Below, in pieces: positions 10,913 to 22,091 of a stretch of 64,000 bases of DNA. A program made the position numbers and the translations under genes. Within the stretch, counting starts at the first letter, position 1, and the number at the start of each line of letters is the position of its first letter. The notes under the pieces are model-generated. The model did not search any database, was not told where the DNA came from, and worked only from the letters and a program-made list of their open reading frames with translations. Source of the DNA: Thecamonas trahens ATCC 50062 (taxonomy: Eukaryota > Protista > Apusomonadida); assembly GCF_000142905.1 (NCBI RefSeq), contig NW_013657664.1, positions 209,873 through 273,872 of the forward strand. The letters are read 5' to 3'.

Positions 10913-13900
10913 TCAGCGGAAGGAAGCCGAGTCGTCTGCCGGCGGCGAGATGTCGCGGGCAACCTTGGTGTTGAGCGGCGCGGTGGCGCGGAGCATGCCG
11001 AGGACACCGTCGTTGACGGAGCGGACGTAGGCGGCACGCGAAAGAAGGTAGCGTGAGGGCTCGTCCGAGGCCTTGGCCTCCGAAGCCTCGTCAACGTTGA
11101 GGGCGTGGTAGGCAAAGTCGAGGGCGTTGAACAGGTCGGCCTGCTCCATGAGGTAGACGAGGGCGAGGCCGCCGAAGCAAAAGCCGTCGCCGAAGATGTC
11201 CATGGGCGCAAACTTGGCGTCGCCGCGCGGCGGAAGGCAGAACGTGAACTGGAGGGCGGACCAGAGGCGGTAGAGCTCGTACGAGGTGTCGACCGAGACG
11301 AGGCCGTTCTCGGACGGCGGGCCCATCCACTCGTTGCGGTGCGGGTCGATGCCCTTGGCCATGTCGAGGAGGACGTAGCGGGTGAGCGAGGCATTGTTGA
11401 GCTCAAACTGGTAGAGGCGGACGGCTGCAATGGCGTCCTGCGGCAGCTCGGAGAAGAGCGAGGTGTTGATGGTGGCCTCGATGGTGGAGCGGATGCCGGC
11501 AATGGTGGAGGCGAGGTGCTCGTCGTTAAAGCCAAAGTTGGTGAGCGGCGAGGCGTCGACAAACGGCGCGAGCCGTGTAAAGCCAAGGGTGGCGCGCTCG
11601 TGGGCGAGCGAGTCGAGGATGGTAAAGATGGCCAGCGAGTTGCCGATCTCGCGGAAGGCCTGGAAGACCTCCTGGATGCCGTCGTAGTTGACAATGGGGT
11701 CGAGCTTGGCCTCGAAGAAGCCGATGACACCGGCGGTTCCGTACGAGTGGCGCGGGAGAGTGGTCTGCTCGGGCATGCCGTCGAGGAGAGTGGTGATGTA
11801 CGGCGCGGCCTTGTTCTCGAGCTGGCGGCGGATGTGGCCGACGAGCTCTGCGATGACGAGGCCCATACGATCGATGCCGACAATGTCAAAGAGAGCGCGG
11901 AAGTGTGGGATGCCGACAAACGACTTGGTCCGCATAAACACGGTGGCATATGCGTTGTTGAGCGTCCGGGTACCGAACTGGTGGGTGGGCGGGATCTTGG
12001 GCATGGGCACACGCTCGACGTCCTCACCAAACTGGACTGGCGCCCGGACAAAGCGCTCGGTCGTCGACGAGTACATCATGTTCGGCACGACGTCGTTGAT
12101 GAGCTCAAAGACAGCGTGAAGGATGATGCGGCCGTGGAAAGAGACGAGCGACGACGAGTCGGCGGTGTCGTTGAGCATAACCTCGAACGGATCGAGAGTG
12201 ACGTTGATGGACATGATGCGGTGCATCTCGCGGACGTTCTTGATCGACTCGAGGAGCTCGATGATGCCCGAGAACGGCTCAGCCTCAAACTTGGTGATGG
12301 CGTAGTCGAGGTTCTCGCGGAGCGCGTAGTTCATGCGCTGCGAGACGAGGGCCGAGAGGTCGATGGAGCGGCCGAGCAGCTGGCAGTGGCGCTGGCGGAG
12401 GAGGACCTCGAAGCGAGAGCGCGGGATGTCGAGGCGACCCGGCGGGAGCGTCGAGGCGAGGCGGGCGCGGTACTCCTGGTCGAGGAGGCGCGAGGCGGCC
12501 TGGACCTTGACGTGGTTAAAGTACGTCTCGGAGAGCTTGTACACGAGCTGGTCAAAGACAAGGTTGACTTCGGCCTCGACCTCGTTGTACATAAACTGCT
12601 GGCGGAGGGTGCGGAGGGCGACCTCGGCGGCGTCGTTGTAGAGGTCGAGCGGGTAGAGGACAAACTCGACCATGGCCGGGTTCTGCGCGTACGTCTGCAG
12701 GATGTGGTCGGCGAGGATCCACGGAAGCGACATCTCGATCGGGAACTGGTCGGCGTCGGCGAGCTCGAGGTAGAACTCGCGGTACCAGAGCATGGCAAGG
12801 TCGGTGACACCGCGGAGCGTGCCCTGAAAGTCGAGTACGTACGAGTAGAAGAACGAGCGCTCGTAGAACGACTTGAGGAGGGCAACGTGGTCGGGCTTGA
12901 GGTCCTTGGACTTGCCCTTGCGGTCGCCCGAGTACAGCGACGAGATGATACACCGCAGGAGCTGGAGCTGGGTCGGCGACGGGCCGGCGCAGCGCGACGG
13001 GATCTGCAGCTTGAACGGGTTCTTCTTGGTCACCTTCTTGCCGTCGACCATCGGATCCTTGGGCTCCTGCCCGTTGAGCCAGTCGGCGGCCATGGCGCGC
13101 ATCTGCATCAGCGACGCCCGGATGAGCTTCTTCTTCTTGGTGGCGTGGAAGACGAGGTCGCGGAGCGACGACTGCACAAACTGCTGCATCTCGTCGTGGA
13201 CCCGCCGGCGCATCATCTCCATCAGCAGCGAGTCAGCCCGAAGCATGACCTGCGAGAGACCCTTAATCTTGGCAATAACCTCAACGAGGCAGTACCGCTC
13301 ACGCGAGTCGTAGTTGTACCGCACGACGCGCTCGTACTGGATGACGTCGTCCGGGTTGCGGTCCGCCGGCGTGTCGCCGTACGGGTTCGAGAACTTCCAC
13401 GCCGCCTGCTCGAGCACCGCAGACGTCATGTTTGACAGAATGCGGAAGCCCTTGAGGATGAGCCCGTACAGTAGCCGCGCAATCTTCTGCGACACCATCT
13501 TGCCCGCCCGCAGGATGCGTCGCACCTCGGTGATCCGCGCCGAAAAGTCGGCCAGGTACTCGTCGTGCAGCGACCGGAAGACCGGGAGCCGGTTGATGAT
13601 GCAGTACTCGATGTTGAGCCGCTCGTTCTCGTACGGCTTCTCCCAAACCTTGGGGTCAAAGTTGGAGCACCGTTCGATGAACGACGACGAGAGCATGGCC
13701 ATGTCACCGTACAGCGGGAGCACAGGGTAGCGCTTGAGCAGCCGCGCATAGTCGAGGACCTTAAACTCCTTGGTCTTGAACGCGTTGTTTGGTGCCGCAG
13801 GATCCTGAGAGTCGTACAGGAAGATCGAAAACGGAATGACCCGCAGCAACGCGTGCTTCTCCTCGGGGTAGAGGAACAGGTTGCCGGTCCACCGCTGGAG

Positions 13901-15077
13901 GCAGTGCTCGAGAATGAGCACAAGCACCGTTGTGTACCGCGAGACCTGCGGGAGCTTCTGCTTGAGCGTGTTGGTGATGATGTTCTGGTTCGCCAGGAAC
14001 AGGTACATCTCCTGGTTGTCCAGTGTCTGGTCCGTCAGGCCCGACGCCTCGAGGTTCTTGCGGAGAAAGCCGTACGCCCGCTTGTAGAACGAGAGGTCGT
14101 TGTTGCACCCCTTCATGTTCTTGAGCGCGTCGAGCTTCGACAGCAGGTCCAGCAGCAGCACCAGCTTCCAGATCAGTGTGTCCGACGACGATGTCGTCCG
14201 CCCAGAGCTCTTCTTGCCGCCCACAGAGTCGGCCGCGAGCTTCTCAAACTCCTCCAGAAGAAAGTCGATGCACTCGTTGACAAAGGAGAACAGGTTCTTG
14301 AGCTTGTTGATCTGAGGCTCCAGAACCCGGAATGTGTTCTGGTACAGCTCCACCTTGTTCTCCTGGTCCTGCGACTTGACTTGCGGCACAGACTTGGAGC
14401 ACGAGCGGTACGTGTACAGCAGCGCAATGAACCCGGTGCCGCGCTCGAGCATCGAGTCGATCCTCGCCATCGTCCCTGCCTCGTCCACAAAGTCCGTCTG
14501 GTACCCCTCGCGGTCCGCAAAGTTGTACGACGACGCAGACCCGTACGAGATCGGGAAGTTTGGTCCTGCGCGTCATGTCACATTCCCGCCCCCGCCCCCG
14601 TCTCGTCTTCCGTGAGTCACCCACGTGCACCCGCGCCGCCTCGCGTTGCGCGGTCGCCTCGCCCAAATGAAGGCCAACCGAAATTTGACGAACACCCCCG
14701 TGTCCACCCGGCGGTGCCGGCACTTCCTCCACAGCTGCCAGCTCCCTGCCAGCCCCGACACACCTGGCCTCCGGGCAGGGCACCCTTTGCCACATAGTCT
14801 GTAACCCTCCGTGCTGGCCTCCTCACCCCATCCACAATTGCCTGGCGCTTGCCCCCGCACGCCTGACGACCGACTGCCGTTTTTTTGACGCCTCGAGCCA
14901 GCCAGCGCAGAGGTGCGCTCCCACCACCACCACCCACCACCCACCACCACTACCACCAGCTTGCAAGCACACGGGACCTGCACACGTACCTTCAACATTG
15001 GGCGTGTCGTCAGGGAGGATGAACCGGTCGAAGCCCCGGATGTAGTTGAGCGCTTCTCCGCCCTGGTCAGCAGCCAT
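10913..15077 (-). CDS. CYFIP: CYFIP/Sra1/PIR121, WAVE regulatory complex subunit; exons 15077-14990 and 14565-10913
   Basis: LYTYRSCSK, LDALKNMK, YERVVRYNY, DLAMLWYREFYLEL, QFPIEMSLPWIL, YNEVEAEVNLVFDQLVYKLS, QLLGRSIDL, YRLWSALQF; GTACGT...CAG intron 14989-14566. Confidence 0.97.
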
Positions 15078-15345
15078 GACTGGTTGTTGTCGAGAGACGA
15101 GCGTGGCCGTCGTCGCTGGCGTTGCTGACAGCAACTTGCTGTTGGCGTTGGGATTCGCCGACTGCCGACCGCCGCCGACCGCCGGCCACTGACCGCAGCA
15201 CGTCTACCCACCTCCACCCGCTCCAAAGCGCGGCTAACTGACCATCTAACCCGGGAGCACAGTCGAAAGAGTTGGGATTAAGGCTGAGATAGGGATTCAG
15301 ATCGAGTCAAGGCATATGACAGAGGATGCTAGAGGCGATGATGAC

Positions 15346-16209
15346 TCACGTCCTCGGCGCCGGCTCCAGCTCGGGCTCAGGATGAGGCCCAGGCTCGGTC
15401 TCAGGCTCGGTCTCAGCCAAGACAAGATCGGGGCAATGGGCGTAAAGCGCGATGGTACGGCCCCACGGTGTGACGCCCAGCACCGCGGTTTGAGTAAGAC
15501 CGACGGTGTCAGTGAGGTACTCCGCGACGTACTCCTCGATGTTGTTGCGGATGGTCATCGCGGCATAGGCGGCTGGTGGCGGAAGACCCTTGCGACGGAG
15601 CCTGCTGCGACACTTGCGGTAGTTGTCCCAAGTGTGAGTCTCGAGGACCAGAGTTGCGCCCAGGCTGCCCAGCTTGGCCAGGAACGCTCGCAGTCCGTCG
15701 TCACCGGCATTAACGTGGATCCACATGACCAACCCAAAGCAGAAAACCACATCGAACGGCGGCGAGGCGCCGTCAGTCGGCACCTCGCCACCTCTTGCGG
15801 CGAGCAGCGTGTCCTCAACGCCGTCGGCCAAGATGTCACCAGCCAGAAAGGCAAAGCTGAGCCCGGCCGCCGCGTCGCCGTTGCGCCCGGCCACCAGTGT
15901 CTCGGCCCGCGCCACCAGGCTGGCATCGACGTCAATGCCAACCGCGTGCACCGCTCGTCCCGAGCTCTCCGCCACCCTTTCAGCCACCGCCACCGTCAAA
16001 TCACCGGCGTTGCACCCAAGATCGAGCATGTACAGCGGGCGCTCGCCGTCGCCGGCGGCCTCGGCCACCAGCACGCCGACGGCTCTCGGCACAAACGGCA
16101 GCCGCTTAGACGGCGGATTGAACTGCGCATCATAGTAGCGAGGAAAGTTGCCGAAAAAGTGTCCTCCCGTCGTGTCCTCCTCCACACTCTGCGGCGGAGC
16201 CTCACTCAT
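15346..16209 (-). CDS. Bin3-family RNA 5'-phosphate methyltransferase, BCDIN3D-like
   Basis: FGNFPRYY, LDLGCNAGDLT, GIDVD, FDVVFCFGLVMWIHVNAGDDGL, LVLETHTWDNY. Confidence 0.85.
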   Translation of the reverse strand: MSEAPPQSVEEDTTGGHFFGNFPRYYDAQFNPPSKRLPFVPRAVGVLVAEAAGDGERPLYMLDLGCNAGDLTVAVAERVAESSGRAVHAVGIDVDASLVARAETLVAGRNGDAAAGLSFAFLAGDILADGVEDTLLAARGGEVPTDGASPPFDVVFCFGLVMWIHVNAGDDGLRAFLAKLGSLGATLVLETHTWDNYRKCRSRLRRKGLPPPAAYAAMTIRNNIEEYVAEYLTDTVGLTQTAVLGVTPWGRTIALYAHCPDLVLAETEPETEPGPHPEPELEPAPRT

Positions 16210-16644
16210 GGCTTGCGAGAGGTGCCGCTCTCCGAGCCCCGGGCGTCCGAGTGGCCCGATCGCGATCACGCTCGGCCGAGGGTGGGGAGATTGTCCTGGC
16301 AACGGACCAACCATCCTTGATGTACATGACTATTTCATGTACTTGAGCCCATGCTTGGGTGTTGATGTAGGCAGTCGCTTACTCTGAGGCGACTGAGTAT
16401 GCCCGAATCGCTCGCGATGGACATCGGCCTTGTCTAGCATCTGCCCAGTGGTGCACACCGCCGCCTTGCACCCTCCCGCGCCCTCACCCACACCCACACA
16501 CACACATCATCATCGGTGGCGCCCACGCACACACCACTCACCACAGTCAGCTCAATCTCATCACCAAACGCTCTCTGGCTCACCTTCTATCAACTCGCTG
16601 CTGCTGCTGCCTCCTGCAACTGTCGCTACCCACAAGACAGGCCT

Positions 16645-17939
16645 ATGGCTCGTCGAGGCTACGGCGGGGGGCATGGCCGAGCCTGGCCGAATCTGAGAAG
16701 GAGGCTGGGCCTGTGCTGTCGGCTGTGACCAGCGATGATCACGTACTGCTGTTAGATGCGGCCGCATTGCGGGAGGTCATGACCTGCCCCATCTGCAAGG
16801 ACGTCCTAGACTGTCCGCAGGCCATCAAGAACTGTTTGCATCGGTTCTGCAAGGTCTGCCTCGCCACCTCGCTCCGCGTTGCCAAGAAAGAGTGCCCTGT
16901 CTGCCGCCAGCACTGCATCTCGAAGCGGGCAGCCCGCGATGATGACCTCCTCCGCTGCTTGGTCGAGGATCTTACGTTTCGGGCTCCTCCGCCGCCGGCT
17001 GAGTCCACCCGCCGCCGCGCACGCAACCTCGTCGCTCCGCCGTCAGGATCGCCGTACCCGCCGTCGATCTCTGCCACCGCAGGTCTTGCACCAGCCATTG
17101 CCAAGTCAGTCCGTGCCTTTCAGGCCGCTACGCTGCAGCACCGCCAGCAACAGCAAAGCAACGACTCGTTCTTTAAGCAAAAGGAGGCCGTCTCTGATGA
17201 CGACGATATGGTGCCATACTCGGCTCCGGGCCGCTCTCGGCCGACAACGTCATCACGGGCAACATCCGCAATCCGATCACGCCCTTTGCACTCTAGGGTG
17301 CATGCCAGCAGTCACAGCTTGGCCGACGCCTCGCCAGCTTCAGCTGATGGCCGGTCTGGCCTCTCGTCAGCGCCGGGCTTGCCGATCCCACCGTCACCGG
17401 CGTCGGCTGCTAACTCGCGCAAACGTCGGCCCGCTACTGGGCCCGACAGGCAGCAGTCGAGCGCCAAGCGCCAGCACATTCTCGCCCGTCCACGCGCCGA
17501 CTCGCCGCAGCCTGCCGTGTCAAGTCGTCACATCGACATCGCCTCGCTCCGGAACTCGATCAAGCCTGCGTCGGTGCTTGGCAGGATGATGACCGAGGCG
17601 CCGCCGCCCGAATCCTGCATCCTGCTGGATGCGCCGCAGCGCGCGCCGCCTGGCCAATCCCAACCAATCCCACTGGTCTTTAAGGTAATCATTCGCGGCG
17701 TCGAGTCGTTTGAAGGGCAAAGCCTCTGGGTCAGCACCTCATCCGAGACAACCGTCGACGAAGCCATGCGCGCCGTCGCAGTCCGCGTCGGCATGCGTGG
17801 CGTCGCCTACCGCCGACACAAGATGCGAACCTCATCTGGCAACATCCAAATCGACTACTCCATGACAATGGCGGCCTTTCTCAACACTTGCCGCACGCAA
17901 GACGTCCCGTTCTCGCTCACCTTCCGGCCACAGAAGTAG
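16645..17939 (+). CDS. RING1/RNF2-like (PRC1) E3 ligase with probable C-terminal RAWUL domain; start unresolved
   Basis: TCPICKDVL...KNCLHRFCKVCLATSLRVAKKECPVCRQHCISKR matches the RING1 pattern; C-terminal WVSTSSETTVDE resembles RAWUL; no in-frame ATG before the RING. Confidence 0.75.
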
Positions 17940-17952
17940 CAACAAGGCTCGC

Positions 17953-18573
17953 TCACCCAAACTTGTTGAAATAGCTCCATGAGAAAAGCGACCACGGCAT
18001 CATGGGATTGAACAAGTAGCCAGCCTTGAGCTGGACAGTGAGGCAGAGGAGCGAGACCATCACGAGCATGCCGCACACCAGCGGAAGCATCCACACCTGC
18101 GCCGAGGACGCCCGCTCCGCATCGCGCCGGCTGCGTTTGCCCCCGCGCGCCACCCGCGGTGGATCAAGCAGCGCCCACACAATGCCCACAAGCGCTAGAT
18201 TGAGCCCGCTCACCCACAGCGTCTCCAGACCCAGCTGGAAGCCTCGCGACGGGTACATGAACATCAGCCCGCCGTCACGACCGCCGGCCACCAGCGGCGC
18301 GCCGCGGATGACCACAAACGGAAGCCCAGCCATGCACGCCAGCATGCCCACCACACAGCCCAGCAGCACCAACGTCTCAGCCGCACCATGCTTGTCCACC
18401 TTCCTCCACCCTGCCGCCACCATGGCGTTGAGCCCGGCCACCGGATCCGCCTCTGCGCCCACCTCCAGGCCACGACCAACAGTGTTGCCACTTTCACCAC
18501 CGCCACCCTCACCGCCAACCTCACCGCCACTGCGCCGACCACCAGTTCCTCTGCTTCTGCTCTTGGAACCCAT
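17953..18573 (-). CDS. OST3/OST6 (MAGT1/TUSC3) or OSTC-like oligosaccharyltransferase membrane subunit
   Basis: Three hydrophobic helices; VIRGAP...QLGLET...K.GY pattern of the OST3/6 membrane region; no thioredoxin-like domain visible. Confidence 0.65.
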   Translation of the reverse strand: MGSKSRSRGTGGRRSGGEVGGEGGGGESGNTVGRGLEVGAEADPVAGLNAMVAAGWRKVDKHGAAETLVLLGCVVGMLACMAGLPFVVIRGAPLVAGGRDGGLMFMYPSRGFQLGLETLWVSGLNLALVGIVWALLDPPRVARGGKRSRRDAERASSAQVWMLPLVCGMLVMVSLLCLTVQLKAGYLFNPMMPWSLFSWSYFNKFG

Positions 18574-18835
18574 AGTCTCCCCTGAAGACAAAGGTAAAGT
18601 CAGGTGCTTATCACAATCCACAGTCCCGGCTTCAGGCCACAGCCACAGAGAGCCGCTCGGCTGTCTGCCCATCGCCGTTCCCTGTGGCGACTCACCCGCC
18701 TCACCAAAGCCACTGCTACTGCCACTACACCTACGCCTACGCCTACGCCTGCACCTCAGCCACTTCACCCCACCCCACCCCACCCCCCACCCACCACCAC
18801 CACCACCACCTCTCCTCTCCACCCCACTCCTCCCC

Positions 18836-21800
18836 ATGGTCCTCACTGCAGCCTTTGAGGGCCTACACCCCGCTGACGTGGCTGACTCCCGCGCCCGCTT
18901 TGGAAGCAATGCCCTCCCGCCGCCGGCCACAGAGACCTTTATGGACAAGCTGAAGGGTAAGTGGTGGATGGCGTGCATGCTGCACTGCTTTCATGACTCT
19001 GTCATCTCCCTTCCCCTCCCCCTCCCCTCGGTCCTCCCACTCACCTCGCACTCATCGCATGGACAGACAACTTTGACGACCCGCTCATCCGGATTCTCTG
19101 CTTGGCTCTGCTGGTGACGATGGGGCTGGCGGTGCTCGGCTACGCCGACTTTGTCGAGGGCGTCGGCATCGCTGCTGCCGTCTTTGTTGCCACCTTTGTT
19201 GCCACCTACTCTGAGTATCGCAACGAGGCCTCGTTCCAAGCGCTGCAGGCCCAGGCGTCGCGCATCACGGTCTCGGCCTTTCGCGCAGGTGCAGGCCTCG
19301 CTGTCATCCCCATCGACGACGTGGTGGTCGGCGACTACGTGCTGCTGCAGGCCGGCGATGCTGCGCCTGCCGATGGCGTTCTTGTCTCGGGCTCGCTCCA
19401 TGTCTCACAGCAGTCGCTCACCGGCGAGCCCGGTACCATGCACAAGGTCGCACCGCTGTCAGACCACGCTCTCGGGAACGGTGCGCTCTCGCTGGCTCAT
19501 CCGTCGTGTGTCTTCCGCGGCTCACTAGTGACCGAGGGCGAAGCTGTTCTTCACGTTCGCGCCGTTGGTGTGGCCACTGTTTACGGGAAGGCTGCCGCCG
19601 ACATGGGCGCCGACTCTGGCCGTCTCGCCCCGCTGCAGGTCAAGCTCGGCCACCTTGCCGACATCATTGCCCGCCTCGGCTACATTGGCGCTGCCGCTAT
19701 CGCCGTCTCGTTCCTCTTTAAGCAAGTCATTATGGACAACGGATACTCACTGGCCGGCGCCATGGCCTACCTCAGCACCTGGTCGGTTGCGCTCCACGAC
19801 ATTGTCACCTCGCTCATCTTGGCCATCATCGTGGTAGTTGTTGCTGTTCCCGAGGGTCTGCCCATGATGATTGCCATCGTCCTCTCGCTCAACATGCGCA
19901 AGCTTCTTGCCCGCAATGTCCTTGTTCGCAGGCTCATCGGCATCGAGACCGCAGGCTGCATGGACCTGCTCCTCGTCGACAAGACCGGGACCCTCACCCA
20001 CGGCACCTTTGTCCCGTGCGTTTTGCACGCACCCGACGGCGAGCCCTATCCCTCGTATGCCGCCCTCCCGCCCCATCTTGCCCGCCTCACCGCCTTTACC
20101 ATCCTGCACTCGACCTCGGCAGTGGTCTCCTCCTCGGCAGGCTCGCCTGTTCCGGTCATTGCCGGCGGAAATCCGACCGATCGCGCCCTGCTGCGCTTCT
20201 TGCCGGACTCGCTGCTGACTCAGGCCGCTCGTCGCGACGAGGGTGCCCGAGTCATTGACCAAGTCCTTTTTCGTCGTTGCACAAGTTTTCGGCGATCCAG
20301 CTTGCGGTCTCTGCCGATGACCGCGCCCTCTTCCGTGGTGTGGCCGGGAGCAGTGCTGGCGGCGGCACTCCATCGCGCACCAGCTTGTCGTCCGAGTCGA
20401 TTACGCTCATCAAGGGCGCGTCTGAAGTCATCGTCCTGTCCTGCACCCATTGCTACACGCGCGCTGGAGACGTCGTTCCTTTTGATGCTGAGCGCCGCGC
20501 TCGCCTCCTGGACGCTGTCACTGCCGCCGCTGCCGACGGCACTCGGTTTCTGGCGCTGGCTGCCACGTCGGCGGCTGTCAAGCCGCACTTTTACACCTCG
20601 TCCCCCGGCAGCTCTGACGACAATGGTACCAGCGACACTCCGCGCTATGCTGTTCCATCCGGGTGTATCCTAGTTGGCGTCGTTGGCATGACCGATACCC
20701 TTCGCCCCGAAGCACCGCGAGCAGTCGCGCTCGCCCAACGCGCCGGTATCCAGGTCGTCATGATCACCGGCGACCGGCTAGAGACTGCTGCCGCGGTTGC
20801 GACCAAGGCCGGCCTCCTCGACGCCAACGCCATGCCGGAGCAGCCGCTCAAAGCCCACGCTTTTGATCCGGCTTACTCGACTAGCCCGCTGCTCACGTCT
20901 GCGCAGTTGGCGCAACTCTCGGACGCTGAGCTCACCGAGCGGCTGCCGCACCTCCGCGTCGTGGCGCGGGCGCTGCCGTCGGACAAGTCGCGTCTTGTGC
21001 GTGTTGCACAGGCGTCGCGGAGGCCTCGCCTGGTGGGGCACGCGGAGCCAGTGCCACAGCCGCGGGGACTCCGAGCCTGGCTCGCGGCGCTGCTGTTTGG
21101 TCAGGCGCCGGTGCGGCCGTCGTCGCGCGGCATCGACGCGCTGGAAGCTGGACTGACCAGCCCCGGTGTCTTGCAGTCGCGGAGCTCGTCAGTCCGAGTC
21201 GTCGGCATGTCTGGCGACGGCATTAATGACACTGCTGCGCTCAAGCTCGCCGACGTGTCGTTTGCCATGGGCTCCGGCTCGGAAATCGCCAAGGAGGCAT
21301 CGGACGTTGTCATTCTCGACAACAACATCCAATCGATCCTCAACGCCACCCTCTACGGGCGTACCATCTACACCTCGATCCTCAAGTTTATCGTCTTTCA
21401 GTCCACCGTCAACGTGGCCTCGACCGTCATCGTCTTCCTCGGCCCGTTCTGTGGCTTTGACTTTCCGCTCACCCTCATCCAGCTCCTCTGGGTCAACATG
21501 GTCATGGACACCCTGGCAGCGCTGGCCTTTGGCGGCGAGCCTGCGCTCGAAGCGTACATGGACGACGCGCCAATTTCGCGGTCGGCGCCGATTGTCACTG
21601 TTGACATGGCGGCGTCGTTCCTGGTCAACGGCGCCTTTATTGCTCTTGCCGCCATTGCCTTTCTGGTCTGGGACCCAATTGTCGAGCTGTTCTCCCGGCG
21701 GCCGCCGTCTGGGGCGTACAGCTCAGCCGGCGGTGGTGACGCGGCCACCGCCAAGGTGGAGACGCCATCGGAGCTCGACGCCAAGGGCGGCCCGGTCTTT

Positions 21801-22091
21801 CTCACCGCCTTTTTCTCGTTCTTTATCTTTGTCTGCACCCTCAATGCTTTCAACGTCCGCGTCCCGCACATCCGGCTCCTCGAAGCGCTCGGCGACAACA
21901 GGGGCTTTCTCGTCGTCATTCCGCTCATCTTTGTCGTCCAGGTCTCATTTACGCTCTTCTTTGGCTCCCTCCTCCGTGTCGTCCCGCTCACTCTAGACGA
22001 GTGGGCCTGGGTCTTTGGCCTTGCCACGCTCATCATCCCATTCGACATGGCCCGCAAGGCGCTTCGCGGCCAGGCCGGGCTCAAGGGTTGA
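18836..22091 (+). CDS. P-type IIB (PMCA-like) Ca2+-ATPase; intron 18957-19066; probable 1-nt frameshift at 20267-20271
   Basis: SLTGE, VAVPEGLP, DKTGTLT, KGASE, MITGD, GDGIND, QLLWVNMVMDTLAALA; GTAAGT...CAG intron. Confidence 0.93.

Noticed and set aside
11105-13435. 776-aa plus-strand ORF and many other long antisense ORFs
   Set aside because: They are antisense shadows of high-GC3 genes (here CYFIP) and carry no recognisable motifs.
7189-22091. USP and Ca-ATPase as pseudogenes
   Set aside because: Each has a single homopolymer-associated lesion and all catalytic motifs are intact.
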